A stretch of DNA of 64,000 bases from IMG/VR virus record IMGVR_UViG_3300044608_000562; one strand, 5' to 3'. Under the pieces are notes generated by a model that saw nothing but the letters and a program-made list of their open reading frames with translations, was not told the origin of the DNA and did no database searches. Below, in pieces: positions 1 through 9,711 of the stretch (position 1 is its first letter; each line of letters opens with the position of its first letter). The position numbers and the translations under genes were made by a program. The stretch comes from an uncultured virus (IMG/VR IMGVR_UViG_3300044608_000562). Lineage: Duplodnaviria > Heunggongvirae > Uroviricota > Caudoviricetes.

Positions 1-622
1 CGACCTTGCGGCCGTCCGTCCGAGCCTTGCCGAGTTTGGCGATCATCGGCTTGGCGAGACCGTCGATCCATTCCTCGACAGACTGGGCAGCACCGCGACC
101 ACCAGACCGCTCGACGAAGTCAGCCTCGAAGAACCGCCCCCACGCCTTAGTCGCCGTGTTGGTTACCGTCTTGCGGGTAGACTCCACGAACCGCCGAATG
201 CCCATCGGGTTCTCGGTCAGACTCGGCAACTTGGCGAGGCTAGCGCGATCCATCGCAACCGCGTTGCGCCCCGTCAGATTGAAGTTAGCCGGACGATCCG
301 CGCTCGGCACGTGGAACTCATCGTCGCCCGACTTGTGCAGTGGTCGGTCATACTCGGAACCCTCGGTCAGCGAGACAATCGCCGCCGCCATAAACAGGTT
401 TCGCGCTTCCTCGCACTGCTCGGACTCGCGATCCAATGCGCCCGTATCGGTACGGGGAAACTCGGCAGTCAGCCTTGCGAACTCGCCCCGATACTTCGCC
501 CACTTGGTGCGATCCGCGCGGGTATGACCGCCGACCTCGCGACCCAGACCAGAAATCCCATCCGCGACGGACGGGGCCAGAACGGACTTGACGGCGTCCG
601 AAACCGTGTTGGCTTGTGCCAT
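1..622 (-). CDS. 5' part of the 226-aa early protein (complete copy at 60656-61336)
   Basis: Same sequence as 60715-61336. Confidence 0.8.
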   Translation of the reverse strand, partial: MAQANTVSDAVKSVLAPSVADGISGLGREVGGHTRADRTKWAKYRGEFARLTAEFPRTDTGALDRESEQCEEARNLFMAAAIVSLTEGSEYDRPLHKSGDDEFHVPSADRPANFNLTGRNAVAMDRASLAKLPSLTENPMGIRRFVESTRKTVTNTATKAWGRFFEADFVERSGGRGAAQSVEEWIDGLAKPMIAKLGKARTDGRKV

Positions 623-693
623 GGTAGTGATACTCCAAAGAACCCCGCAGGACGCGGCGGGTATCGCGACAGCAGATCGTCTACTGTGATTCC

Positions 694-727
694 ATTATAC
701 CACACTCGCTAGTCTGACAGTGTCAGA
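694..727 (-). promoter_or_regulatory. Extended -10 promoter (TGG-TATAAT) of first early gene; palindrome TCTGACAGTGTCAGA (713-727) covers the -35 position
   Basis: Minus strand reads ctctgacactgtcagactagcgagtgtggTATAAT, about 70 bp upstream of the ATG at 622. Confidence 0.65.
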
Positions 728-926
728 GCAGCGCAGCAGGCAAAAAATGGCGCGAACTCAAGCCCACACGGTGTGCAAGGCCATGGCCTAGCCGACCCCA
801 CCGGTAGCCACCCCCGTCGCTAGGTTTAGGAGTCCCAGCAATCCTCTATACATCCTAATCCACACAAATCACCCCACATTTCTCCAATGTTCGCACCCCA
901 CCCCCCTTCATATAGAAAACCCCCCC

Positions 927-955
927 TTGATGGAACCTTAAGATTCCTTTATATA
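927..955 (+). promoter_or_regulatory. Possible sigma70-type promoter of packaging/head operon
   Basis: TTGATG-17 bp-TATATA upstream of the small terminase ORF. Confidence 0.35.
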
Positions 956-981
956 ACGACACATTACTTGGGTTGAGGCCC

Positions 982-1575
982 ATGCAGACACTCGTTCCAT
1001 ACATCGAAGACAACGTTCCGCTTCCCGCTAACGCGGCTGAAGCGTTGCCGGAGTTGACTCCGGCTGAAGAACTGAGCATGCGGGTACGTACTATAAAACT
1101 CGTATCCGATCTGACAGGCCAGCCCATCATCCCGACTGACGAAGAAAAGGATGCTGCCGAGGAAATGGCTAGAAAAATGATGGAAGACCCTGATGCACGG
1201 CCTGAATATGCCCTGCACTCTGATGAATTTACTGCGTATTTATCGGGTCTGGTCTACCGTTCTAACGGTGCCATCGTCAAAGAATTGTCTGACCTAAAGA
1301 ACTACGTCATAAACAAACTTGTTTATGAGATAGAACACACTAAAGACAACAAACTTAAGATGCAGGCCGTCGCAAAACTAGGCGAAATTGACGGCGTAGA
1401 CGCTTTCAAACGGCGTACTGAGACTACTCATTTAGTAAAACCGATTGAAGAAGTTGAAAAAGAACTTCTTCAGGTGCTGGAAGGCATCGAGTACAGCGTA
1501 GTTGACGATAATAATGGCGATATAAACCCCGAAGACTACCTGCTACCTGATGAAACTGCCCCAACTAACTCCTGA
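982..1575 (+). CDS. Putative terminase small subunit
   Basis: About 200-aa acidic helical protein directly upstream of and overlapping TerL. Confidence 0.6.
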   Translation: MQTLVPYIEDNVPLPANAAEALPELTPAEELSMRVRTIKLVSDLTGQPIIPTDEEKDAAEEMARKMMEDPDARPEYALHSDEFTAYLSGLVYRSNGAIVKELSDLKNYVINKLVYEIEHTKDNKLKMQAVAKLGEIDGVDAFKRRTETTHLVKPIEEVEKELLQVLEGIEYSVVDDNNGDINPEDYLLPDETAPTNS

Positions 1576-3073
1576 AAAACTCAAAGCGTTGCGTATGGCG
1601 CTGCCAACGATGCCCGATGAGCAGAAACGGCGCACGTTGGAGTTGCTAAGGACGTATCAGGCTGAGCGTACCCGTGCCGTTGGCAAGGATTCCTTCTTGG
1701 ATTTCATCGCTCACGTGTATCCCGGCTACAAAGTAGGGCCGCACCACCGAAAATTAGCGGGAATTTTCGAGGATATCGCTGCGGGAAAGCGAAAAAGGGT
1801 CATCGTCAACATTGCTCCGCGTCATGGCAAGAGCGAAATGATCAGTTACCTCGCTCCTGCGTGGTTTTTGGGCAAATATCCGCATAAAAAGGTCATCATG
1901 GCCTCTCACACTGCCGATTTGGCAGTTAATTTTGGTCGGAGGGTTCGCAATCTTGTGGGGTCAGACCTTTATCACGACATTTTCCCGACTGTGGAACTTC
2001 AAGCAGATAGTAAAAGTGCTTCTCGTTGGGGTACTAACTTTAATGGCGAGTATTTTGCTATTGGTGTTGGTGGTGCTCTGGCCGGTCGCGGCGCTGATCT
2101 ATTCATTATTGATGACCCTCATTCTGAGCAGGAAGCAAAACAAGGCCGAGCCGACGTTTTCGAGCCAGCATGGGAGTGGTTCCAGTCCGGCCCCGTTCAA
2201 AGGTTGATGCCGGGCGGTGCGATCATCGTGGTGATGACCCGTTGGTCAAAGATGGATTTGACCGGCAAGATTACCGACCACATGATCAAAAATGAGGACG
2301 CCGATCAGTGGGAAGTAGTCGAGTTTCCAGCCATTTTGAACGATAGACCGCTATGGCCTGACTTCTGGACACTAGAAGAACTCCTTGCCAAAAAGGCCAG
2401 CATGGATGTGCGCTATTGGCAGGCACAGTACATGCAGCAGCCGACCTCGGAGGAGGGTGCGCTCATCAAGCGGGAGTGGTGGCAGGTGTGGGAGAAGGAA
2501 GACCCGCCGCCATGCGAGCACCTGATAATGAGCCTTGATGCGGCACAGGAGAAAACTAACCGCTCCGACTTTAACGCCCTGACTACGTGGGGTGTCTTCT
2601 TCAACGAGGAGACTAAGAACTATAACCTGATCCTGCTCAATGCCATCAAGGAGCGCCTTGAGTTCCCTGAGTTAAAGGCGTTGGTGCTGGAGCAGTACAA
2701 GGAGTGGAACCCCGACTCGTTTATCGTGGAGAAAAAGTCCAACGGGGCGGCGCTATACCAAGAGATGCGCCGGATGGGCGTGCCGCTTAGCGAGTTCACC
2801 CCGTCCAAGGGACAAGACAAGATCAGCAGAGTAAATGCTGTGTCAGACCTGTTTGCTGCGGGTATAGTCTGGGTGCCTGATAGGCGCTGGGCTTGGGAGG
2901 TGGTTGAAGAGTGCAACGACTTCCCGTCTGGCACGAACGACGACTTGGTGGACTCGACCACGTTGGCTCTTTTGCGTTTCCGTCAGGGCGGCTTTATACG
3001 CCTGCCCACTGACGAGCCAGAACCGATGAAGTGGTTTAAGAGCCGCAAGAATGCGTCAGCGCGATACTACTAG
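1550..3073 (+). CDS. terL: Terminase large subunit
   Basis: Walker A IAPRHGKS, Walker B FIIDDP, VVMTRW motif, nuclease motifs SLDAA and DDLVDS. Confidence 0.95.
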   Translation: MKLPQLTPEKLKALRMALPTMPDEQKRRTLELLRTYQAERTRAVGKDSFLDFIAHVYPGYKVGPHHRKLAGIFEDIAAGKRKRVIVNIAPRHGKSEMISYLAPAWFLGKYPHKKVIMASHTADLAVNFGRRVRNLVGSDLYHDIFPTVELQADSKSASRWGTNFNGEYFAIGVGGALAGRGADLFIIDDPHSEQEAKQGRADVFEPAWEWFQSGPVQRLMPGGAIIVVMTRWSKMDLTGKITDHMIKNEDADQWEVVEFPAILNDRPLWPDFWTLEELLAKKASMDVRYWQAQYMQQPTSEEGALIKREWWQVWEKEDPPPCEHLIMSLDAAQEKTNRSDFNALTTWGVFFNEETKNYNLILLNAIKERLEFPELKALVLEQYKEWNPDSFIVEKKSNGAALYQEMRRMGVPLSEFTPSKGQDKISRVNAVSDLFAAGIVWVPDRRWAWEVVEECNDFPSGTNDDLVDSTTLALLRFRQGGFIRLPTDEPEPMKWFKSRKNASARYY

Positions 3074-3083
3074 GAGAATCTAA

Positions 3084-5657
3084 ATGGCTGTCGATAAAAG
3101 TTTGATGCAGGCTCCGCAGGGTTTAGAAGCACTTGCTCCCCCTGAGCCGATTGAGATCATGATCGAAGACCCAGAGAGCGTGGCTATCGGCGTTGATGGC
3201 ATGGTCGTTGAGATGGTCAAGTCCGAGCCTCGCGCCGAAGACTTTGACGCCAATCTCGCTGACTTCATGAGCGAGGGCGAACTAGGCTCCCTTGCTGGCG
3301 AATTGATCGGGCAGTACGAGCAGGACTTAGCCTCGCGCAAGGACTGGCTGGATACCTACGTCAAAGGCTTAAAGATTCTGGGTATCCGGTACGAGGAGCG
3401 TACTGAGCCTTGGCCCGGTGCCTGTGGTGTATACCACCCGCTCTTGATGGAGTCAGCCGTCAAGTTCCAGTCCGAGACCATCATGGAGACCTTCCCTGCC
3501 GCAGGGCCGGTCAAAGCCAAGATCGTTGGTAAGGAGACTCCAGAGAAGAAAGACTCGGCTGTGCGTGTCGCTGATGACATGAACTACCAATTGACCGAGG
3601 TGATGAAGGAATACCGCCCAGAGCATGAGCGCATGTTGCTGAGTTTGGCTCTGGCAGGTAACGCGTTCAAGAAGGTCTACTTTGACCCATCGCTTGATCG
3701 GCAGACAGCGATCTATATCCCGGCTGAAGACATCATCGTGCCGTACGGCGCGGCCAATTTGGAAGGTGCCGAGCGTGTTACGCATCGCATGCGTAAAACG
3801 AAGAACGAACTAATCAAACTGCAGTACGCAGGCTTCTACCGCGACATCGACTTGGGCGATCCGGTTCGCACGATGGACGAGGTGGAGAAGCAGAAGGCAG
3901 AGGATCAAGGCTTCTCAGCGACGATGGATGATCGGTTCCAGTTGCTTGAGATGCACGTGAACATCGACCTGCCGGGTTATCCCGATGTCGATAAAGACAA
4001 CAACGAGACAGGCATCGCACTGCCATACGTAGTGACGATTGAGAAGGGGACGGGGACAGTTCTGGCGATACGCCGCAACTGGCAAGAAGATGACAAACTC
4101 AAATCAAAGCGGCAGCACTTTGTCCATTACGGATATATCCCCGGCTTTGGCTTTTATTATTTCGGACTTATCCACCTTATCGGCGGGCACTCCAAAGCGG
4201 CAACCTCCCTGCTTCGCCAACTTATCGACGCAGGAACTCTTAGCAACCTTCCGGGTGGTCTCAAATCACGTGGTCTCCGTATCAAGGGAGACGACACCCC
4301 CATCGCCCCCGGCGAGTGGCGAGACGTAGACGTACCTTCGGGTGCGGTACGCGACAACATCCTGCCGCTGCCGTACAAGGAGCCGAGCCAGACCCTTGCC
4401 ATGCTCATGGACAAGGTGGTCGAGGATGGCCGTCGCTTCGCTGCGGTGTCTGATCTCAAGATCAGCGACATGTCCTCGCAGGCTCCGGTGGGTACGACGC
4501 TTGCCGTGCTTGAGCGTGTTCTCAAAGTTATGACGGCGGTGCAGGCGCGTATCTACTACACGATGAAGCAAGAGTTCAAACTCCTTGCTGCGATCATTCG
4601 TGACAACACGCCAGAAGAATACTCGTACGAGCCGGAAGTCGGTGATCGCAAGGCCAAAAGGGCTGACTACGACGATGTCGATGTCATTCCGGTCAGTGAT
4701 CCGAACGCGGCTACGATGTCGCAGAAGATCGTGCAGTACCAAGCCGTGCTGCAGTTATCGCAGACCGCGCCGAATATCTATGACATGCAGTATCTGCACA
4801 GGCAAATGATCGAAACGCTTGGCGTGAAAAACGCTGACAAGATTATCCCGCCTGCACAGGACGCCAAGCCCAAAGACCCTGTGACCGAGAACATGGACAT
4901 CTTGAATGGCAAACCTGCCAAGGCGTTCATCTATCAGGATCACGAGGCGCACTTGATGGTACATAACTCTGCCATGCAAGACCCGAAGTTGCGGCAGATG
5001 ATCGGTCAAAACCCGAAGGCGCAAGAGATCATGGGCGCTGCTATGGCGCACATCATGGAGCACATCGCCTTCCAGTACCGCAAAGAGATCGAAGAACAAC
5101 TCGGCGCAGCACTACCGCCGACGCAAGAGAATGGTGAAGACACCAAACTGCCTGAAGCCGTTGAGGTACAGATATCGCGCCTCTCTGCTCAGGCTGCAGC
5201 CAAACTGCTACAAAAAGATCAGCAGGAGGTTCAACAACAGCAGGCTCAGCAACAGGCACAAGACCCTGTGCTGCAGATGCAGCAGCAAGAACTGCAACTT
5301 CGTCAACAGGAACTGCAACTCAAAGCGCAGCAAATCCAGATGGAAGCGCAGGTCAAGCAGGCTGAACTTCAACTTGATGCACAACTCAAGCAGGCAGAAC
5401 TGCAGCGCAAGCAGCAGGAGATGCAGATCATGGCAGCGACCAAGGCCGATGAACTCGACCTTCGCAAGCAAGAGATTGCCAATCGCTCACAGATTGACGC
5501 TGCCCGACTCGGTGTGGATGTCCAAAAGCACAAGGCTGGTTTGACTGCCAAGCAGCAGTCCGAAGGCATGCGTATGGGTATCGACATCGCAAAGAGCAAA
5601 GACGCTGCTATTCGGGCAGCGATGCGACCGCCGAAAGGCTCAAAGAAGGAGGAGTAA
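3084..5657 (+). CDS. Portal protein with Q-rich C-terminal coiled coil
   Basis: Follows TerL; 857 aa; EPWPGACGVYHP and FKKVYFD motifs; long Q/E helical tail. Confidence 0.88.
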   Translation: MAVDKSLMQAPQGLEALAPPEPIEIMIEDPESVAIGVDGMVVEMVKSEPRAEDFDANLADFMSEGELGSLAGELIGQYEQDLASRKDWLDTYVKGLKILGIRYEERTEPWPGACGVYHPLLMESAVKFQSETIMETFPAAGPVKAKIVGKETPEKKDSAVRVADDMNYQLTEVMKEYRPEHERMLLSLALAGNAFKKVYFDPSLDRQTAIYIPAEDIIVPYGAANLEGAERVTHRMRKTKNELIKLQYAGFYRDIDLGDPVRTMDEVEKQKAEDQGFSATMDDRFQLLEMHVNIDLPGYPDVDKDNNETGIALPYVVTIEKGTGTVLAIRRNWQEDDKLKSKRQHFVHYGYIPGFGFYYFGLIHLIGGHSKAATSLLRQLIDAGTLSNLPGGLKSRGLRIKGDDTPIAPGEWRDVDVPSGAVRDNILPLPYKEPSQTLAMLMDKVVEDGRRFAAVSDLKISDMSSQAPVGTTLAVLERVLKVMTAVQARIYYTMKQEFKLLAAIIRDNTPEEYSYEPEVGDRKAKRADYDDVDVIPVSDPNAATMSQKIVQYQAVLQLSQTAPNIYDMQYLHRQMIETLGVKNADKIIPPAQDAKPKDPVTENMDILNGKPAKAFIYQDHEAHLMVHNSAMQDPKLRQMIGQNPKAQEIMGAAMAHIMEHIAFQYRKEIEEQLGAALPPTQENGEDTKLPEAVEVQISRLSAQAAAKLLQKDQQEVQQQQAQQQAQDPVLQMQQQELQLRQQELQLKAQQIQMEAQVKQAELQLDAQLKQAELQRKQQEMQIMAATKADELDLRKQEIANRSQIDAARLGVDVQKHKAGLTAKQQSEGMRMGIDIAKSKDAAIRAAMRPPKGSKKEE

Positions 5658-5846
5658 ATGTCTTACTCAAACGCTCTGGAATACCTCGATACGAGGCTTC
5701 AAGAAGAGCGCATGTTGGTCATCGACACTCTAATCCAAGGCAAGTTGGACGAGGGTGAATACAAACGACTTTGCGGGGCGTTACAGGGTCTCGACCTCGC
5801 GCGCAATCATCTTAAAGACCTTGCAAAAAGACTGGAGGAAGAGTGA
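5658..5846 (+). CDS. Small hypothetical protein
   Basis: SD AGGAG; abuts portal stop and overlaps groES start. Confidence 0.7.
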   Translation: MSYSNALEYLDTRLQEERMLVIDTLIQGKLDEGEYKRLCGALQGLDLARNHLKDLAKRLEEE

Positions 5847-6220
5847 GTAGCATCGACGTAGCAAAAACGCAGGAAGAGGCTGCTAAGGCCAAACTACTGC
5901 CAGAGCCGAAAGGCTATCGGATGTTGTGTGCAGTACCGCACGTAGAGGAGGAGTTTGAAGGCGGCATCATCAAGGCAGATGACACGAAGCGAACCGAGGA
6001 ACTGACCACGGTCGTGCTGTTTGTCGTGAAGATGGGTGACCTCTGCTATGCAGACAAGGAACGTTTCCCCACCGGCTCATGGTGCAAGGAAGGCGACTTT
6101 GTTCTAACCCGTCCGTATTCAGGCACCCGCGTGGTCATCCACGGTAGGGAGTTCCGCATCATTAACGACGATACGGTAGAAGCGGTGGTTCAAGACCCCC
6201 GTGGAATCCGTCGCGCATGA
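5843..6220 (+). CDS. groES: GroES-like co-chaperonin
   Basis: P-x-GYR, GGII, VVKMG, CKEGDFV, YSGT and RIINDDTVEAVV match the Cpn10 pattern. Confidence 0.85.
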   Translation: MSSIDVAKTQEEAAKAKLLPEPKGYRMLCAVPHVEEEFEGGIIKADDTKRTEELTTVVLFVVKMGDLCYADKERFPTGSWCKEGDFVLTRPYSGTRVVIHGREFRIINDDTVEAVVQDPRGIRRA

Positions 6221-6232
6221 GGTAATTAGATT

Positions 6233-7225
6233 ATGGCTGACAAAGAAGAGTATAAGTTTCCTGATGAAATAGATCAGGAAAAGGCAGCGGCTGAGACCAA
6301 AGAGGCCGCAGAAGACGAATTCAAGGTTGAGGTTATTGACGATACCCCGCCGGAAGACCGGGGCCGTAAACCTTTGCCCAAGGACATCGTGGACGAACTG
6401 GAGAAGGATGACCTTGAGGAGTATTCCGACAAGGTCAAGAAGCGCCTCTCCCAGATGAAGAAAGTCTGGCACGACGAGCGCCGGGAAAAAGAACGTGCTG
6501 CCCGTGAGAAAGAGGAAGCCGTCCGGTTTGCCCAACAGCAGTATGAGGAGAATAGGCGGCTTAAGCAGCGACTTGGTGTAGGCGAACGTGCCTTTATCCA
6601 AGAAGTTACTAAGGCTGCTAACAATGAACTTAGTGTAGCCAAAGACAGGCTAAAGCAGGCTTATGAGGCTGGCGATTCCGAAAAGATCGCAGAGGCTCAG
6701 GAGTCACTGACCGATGCCAAACTTCGGCTGCAGCAATACTCTAGATTTCAGCCTACTTTACAAGCCCAAGAATCGGGTGTACAACCATCTCAACAAGTTC
6801 AAGCGCCACAGGCTTCTGCTCCAGCAATCGACCCGAAAGCCGAAGTATGGAGACAGAAAAACCCTTGGTTTGGCGTAGACGAGGAAATGACCGCCCTCGC
6901 ACTTGGACTGCACGCTAAGTTAGAAAGGTCTGGAGTAGATTTGCGTAGCGATGATTACTATCGCCAGATCGACTCGACGATGAGGAAGCGATTCCCTGAC
7001 TACTTCGATGAGGAAGTAGAACAGGAAGAAAAGCCGACTCAAACGAGGGAGGCCGAAAAGCCCACTCGCACCAAACAGGCCAACGTGGTGGCTCCGGTGA
7101 CGCGTTCAACCGCGCCTCGTCAGGTACGCCTGACACCGACTCAAGTTGCTATCGCTAAGAAATTAGGTCTGAGCAACGAGCAGTACGCACGAGAACTTAT
7201 GAAACTGGAGAACGACAATGGTTAA
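6233..7225 (+). CDS. Capsid scaffolding protein (putative)
   Basis: Acidic coiled coil; C-terminal LTPTQVAIAKKLGLSNEQYA; lies between portal and capsid. Confidence 0.7.
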   Translation: MADKEEYKFPDEIDQEKAAAETKEAAEDEFKVEVIDDTPPEDRGRKPLPKDIVDELEKDDLEEYSDKVKKRLSQMKKVWHDERREKERAAREKEEAVRFAQQQYEENRRLKQRLGVGERAFIQEVTKAANNELSVAKDRLKQAYEAGDSEKIAEAQESLTDAKLRLQQYSRFQPTLQAQESGVQPSQQVQAPQASAPAIDPKAEVWRQKNPWFGVDEEMTALALGLHAKLERSGVDLRSDDYYRQIDSTMRKRFPDYFDEEVEQEEKPTQTREAEKPTRTKQANVVAPVTRSTAPRQVRLTPTQVAIAKKLGLSNEQYARELMKLENDNG

Positions 7226-7667
7226 CAATCGTCTTGATCGTGAAGTCGAAAATAGAGAATCGACGCAGCGCACAAAAACTTGGACTCCACCCCAGACGCT
7301 TCCGGCACCTACGCCGCAGCCGGGTTGGGTGTTCCGCTACATCCGGACAAGTATTATGGGAACTGCTGACCCATCGAATACCTCCGCAAAACTTCGTGAA
7401 GGTTGGGAGCCTGTGAAGGCTGAAGACCATCCGGAGTTGATGCATATGTCCGATCCCAACTCCCGCTTTAAGGGAAACATTGAGATCGGTGGCTTGTTGT
7501 TGTGTAAGGCTCCGGAAGAGTTGATGAAGCAGCGCGATGACTACTACGCGCAGCAAGCAAAGGCTCAACTGCAGTCGGTAGACAACAACTTTATGAGGCT
7601 GAACGATGAGCGTATGCCCCTCTTCAGTGAGAAGAAGACTACGGTCTCGTTCGGCAAGGGTAAATAA
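7218..7667 (+). CDS. Conserved head-region hypothetical protein
   Basis: LREGWEPV and GGLLLCK motifs; coupled in operon. Confidence 0.7.
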   Translation: MVNNRLDREVENRESTQRTKTWTPPQTLPAPTPQPGWVFRYIRTSIMGTADPSNTSAKLREGWEPVKAEDHPELMHMSDPNSRFKGNIEIGGLLLCKAPEELMKQRDDYYAQQAKAQLQSVDNNFMRLNDERMPLFSEKKTTVSFGKGK

Positions 7668-7688
7668 CTTCTTTTTTTGGAGTAACTA

Positions 7689-8351
7689 ATGGCATATCCT
7701 ACTGTTGACAAGCCGTATGGCTTGAAGCCGATCAACTTGATCGGCGGGCAGGTGTTTGCCGGGGCAACTCGCCAGCGTCGTATTGCGTCCAGTGCTGCGA
7801 GCATTGGCTACGGCGATCCGGTTCAGTTGACTTCGAGCGGCACTATTTCTGTTTCCACCTCGACGACGACGCCCCCGGACGCTGGCTTTGCCGGTGTGTT
7901 CTTGGGCTGTTCGTTCGTGTCCACTGTGACGGGTCAGCCGACCTTCTCGCAGGCTTGGATTTCGGGCACTTCGGTGAAGTCCGGCACGTACGTTACGGCG
8001 TATGTGGCTGATGATCCGAACACCCTGTTCAAGGCTGTGGGCGTTTCGGCGTCCCTGAACGTCTCGACCACGAGCGGGTTCACGTACGAGGATATCGGTG
8101 CCAACGTTGCACTGGTTGACGAGGCGCTGAACACGACGACGAACGACTCGCAGCGGGGTCTCCTGCTGTCTTCGGTTGCGACCACCCGGTCTCTGCCGAT
8201 GCGTATCGTTGATGTAGTCGAAGACACGGCGTTTGTTTCGAGCGGCACTACCTACTATCCCGAAGTTATCGTGAAGTTCAATGCACCGTACCTCACGAGC
8301 GTTTCGTTGATTGTTGGTGGTCACGCTTACAACTGCCCCGTCGGCGTTTAA
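7689..8351 (+). CDS. Capsid decoration/auxiliary protein (putative)
   Basis: S/T/G-rich beta protein directly before the capsid gene; SD GGAG. Confidence 0.6.
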   Translation: MAYPTVDKPYGLKPINLIGGQVFAGATRQRRIASSAASIGYGDPVQLTSSGTISVSTSTTTPPDAGFAGVFLGCSFVSTVTGQPTFSQAWISGTSVKSGTYVTAYVADDPNTLFKAVGVSASLNVSTTSGFTYEDIGANVALVDEALNTTTNDSQRGLLLSSVATTRSLPMRIVDVVEDTAFVSSGTTYYPEVIVKFNAPYLTSVSLIVGGHAYNCPVGV

Positions 8352-8368
8352 TAAGGGAGTTCTAAGAA

Positions 8369-9277
8369 ATGGCTATTTCACGCGCACAATTACTTAAGGA
8401 ACTCCTGCCGGGTTTGAACGCCCTGTTCGGCCTTGAGTACAAGACCTATGGTGAGGAACACAAGGAAATCTACGAGACTGAGACTTCCGAGCGTTCCTTT
8501 GAAGAGGAGACCAAACTTTCTGGTTTCAGCGCCGCTCCGGTGAAGGCCGAAGGTGCTGCGATTGCGTATGACAACGCACAGGAAGCGTGGACTGCTCGTT
8601 ACAGCCACGAGACCATCGCTCTCGGCTTCTCCATCACGGAAGAAGCGGTTGAAGACAACCTGTACGACTCGCTCAGCAAGCGTTATACGAAGGCTCTTGC
8701 TCGCGCCATGGCGTACACGAAGCAGGTCAAGGCGGCATCTGTCCTGAACAACGGCTTCTCTTCGTCCTACCCCGGTGGTGACGGCAAGGCTCTGTTCGCG
8801 GCGGATCACCCGCTTGTTTCGGGTGGCACCAACAGCAACCGTCTGACGGCTTCTGACCTCAACGAGACTTCGTTGGAAGCGGCTGTCATTCAGATTGCTG
8901 GTTGGACGGACGAGCGTGGACTTCTGATCGCGGCGAAACCCGGCAAACTCATCGTGCCCCCGCCGTTGATGTTCACTGCCAAGCGTCTCCTCGACACGGA
9001 ACTCCGTGTTGCGACCGCTGACAACGACATCAACGCCCTCAAGGCGATGGGTTCGATTCCGGGCGGATATACGGTCAACCACTACCTGACGGACACGAAC
9101 GCTTGGTTCTTGACGACCGACGTTCCGAACGGCATGAAGCACTTTGTCCGTACGCCGCTGCAGAACTCCATGGATGGTGATTTCGATACTGGAAACGTGC
9201 GGTATAAGAGCCGCGAGCGTTACTCGTTCGGATGGTCTGATCCGCTGGGCATGTTCGGTTCGCCGGGCGCGTCCTGA
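8369..9277 (+). CDS. Major capsid protein (Mu gpT-like)
   Basis: MAISRAQLLKELLPGLNALFG start, GDGKALF, C-terminal RERYSFGWSD; strong codon bias; followed by terminator. Confidence 0.9.
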   Translation: MAISRAQLLKELLPGLNALFGLEYKTYGEEHKEIYETETSERSFEEETKLSGFSAAPVKAEGAAIAYDNAQEAWTARYSHETIALGFSITEEAVEDNLYDSLSKRYTKALARAMAYTKQVKAASVLNNGFSSSYPGGDGKALFAADHPLVSGGTNSNRLTASDLNETSLEAAVIQIAGWTDERGLLIAAKPGKLIVPPPLMFTAKRLLDTELRVATADNDINALKAMGSIPGGYTVNHYLTDTNAWFLTTDVPNGMKHFVRTPLQNSMDGDFDTGNVRYKSRERYSFGWSDPLGMFGSPGAS

Positions 9278-9289
9278 TAAAACTGGATT

Positions 9290-9317
9290 GGGGGGCTTCG
9301 GCCCCCCTTTCCTTTTT
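9290..9317 (+). terminator. Rho-independent terminator after capsid gene
   Basis: GGGGGGC-TTCG-GCCCCCC followed by TTTCCTTTTT. Confidence 0.85.
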
Positions 9318-9339
9318 AGTTTTCTAGGCGTATATAGCG

Positions 9340-9414
9340 GTCATCGGGAAAAAATTTTGCTTACCAGACAGACCCGACTGACGACATGCAGACTGGTAGG
9401 CACAACTCGCATGT
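9340..9414 (+). ncRNA. Pseudoknotted structured RNA downstream of gpT-like capsid gene (possibly the Mu-gpT-DE motif)
   Basis: Three interleaved helices: 9340-48/9373-82, 9359-67/9393-9401, 9384-89/9409-14. Confidence 0.55.
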
Positions 9415-9425
9415 GAGGATTTGAA

Positions 9426-9659
9426 ATGGCACGTACAACTTTCTCCGGCCCGGTTAAGTCTGACAACGGCTTTGAGGGCGCTATCGCTGGCGATTCTGCC
9501 GTCATCACCAACCTGCTTTGCACCACGCTCACGATTGGCAGCACCAAACTGACCACGGGTTCGGTGTCGGGCACGGTATCGGTTCAGGCAGGTCGCATCC
9601 CGGTTCTCATCGGCAGCACCACGCTTTACATCGGTCTGTACGCCAGTCTCGTCCCGTAA
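9426..9659 (+). CDS. Small virion protein (putative)
   Basis: SD GAGGA; MARTTFSGPVKS start. Confidence 0.7.
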   Translation: MARTTFSGPVKSDNGFEGAIAGDSAVITNLLCTTLTIGSTKLTTGSVSGTVSVQAGRIPVLIGSTTLYIGLYASLVP

Positions 9660-9711
9660 GGATTTCGTAGGGGGGCGGTAAGCCCCCTTCATTCATTACA
9701 GGAGACTTAGG

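Larger units (their letters stand above)
1..3286. repeat. Copy 1 of terminal overlap; same sequence as 60715-64000 (unit genome 60,714 bp)
   Basis: Position 1 (cgaccttgcg) recurs at 60715; ORFs recur with offset 60714 (1550 vs 62264). Confidence 0.97.

Noticed and set aside
6..712. + strand ORFs 6-527 and 311-712 and other long antisense ORFs in the track
   Set aside because: Shadow frames of well-supported genes, lacking SDs or motifs
9671..9690. GGGGGC-ggtaa-GCCCCC hairpin as a terminator
   Set aside because: No real U-tract follows; may be a stability hairpin
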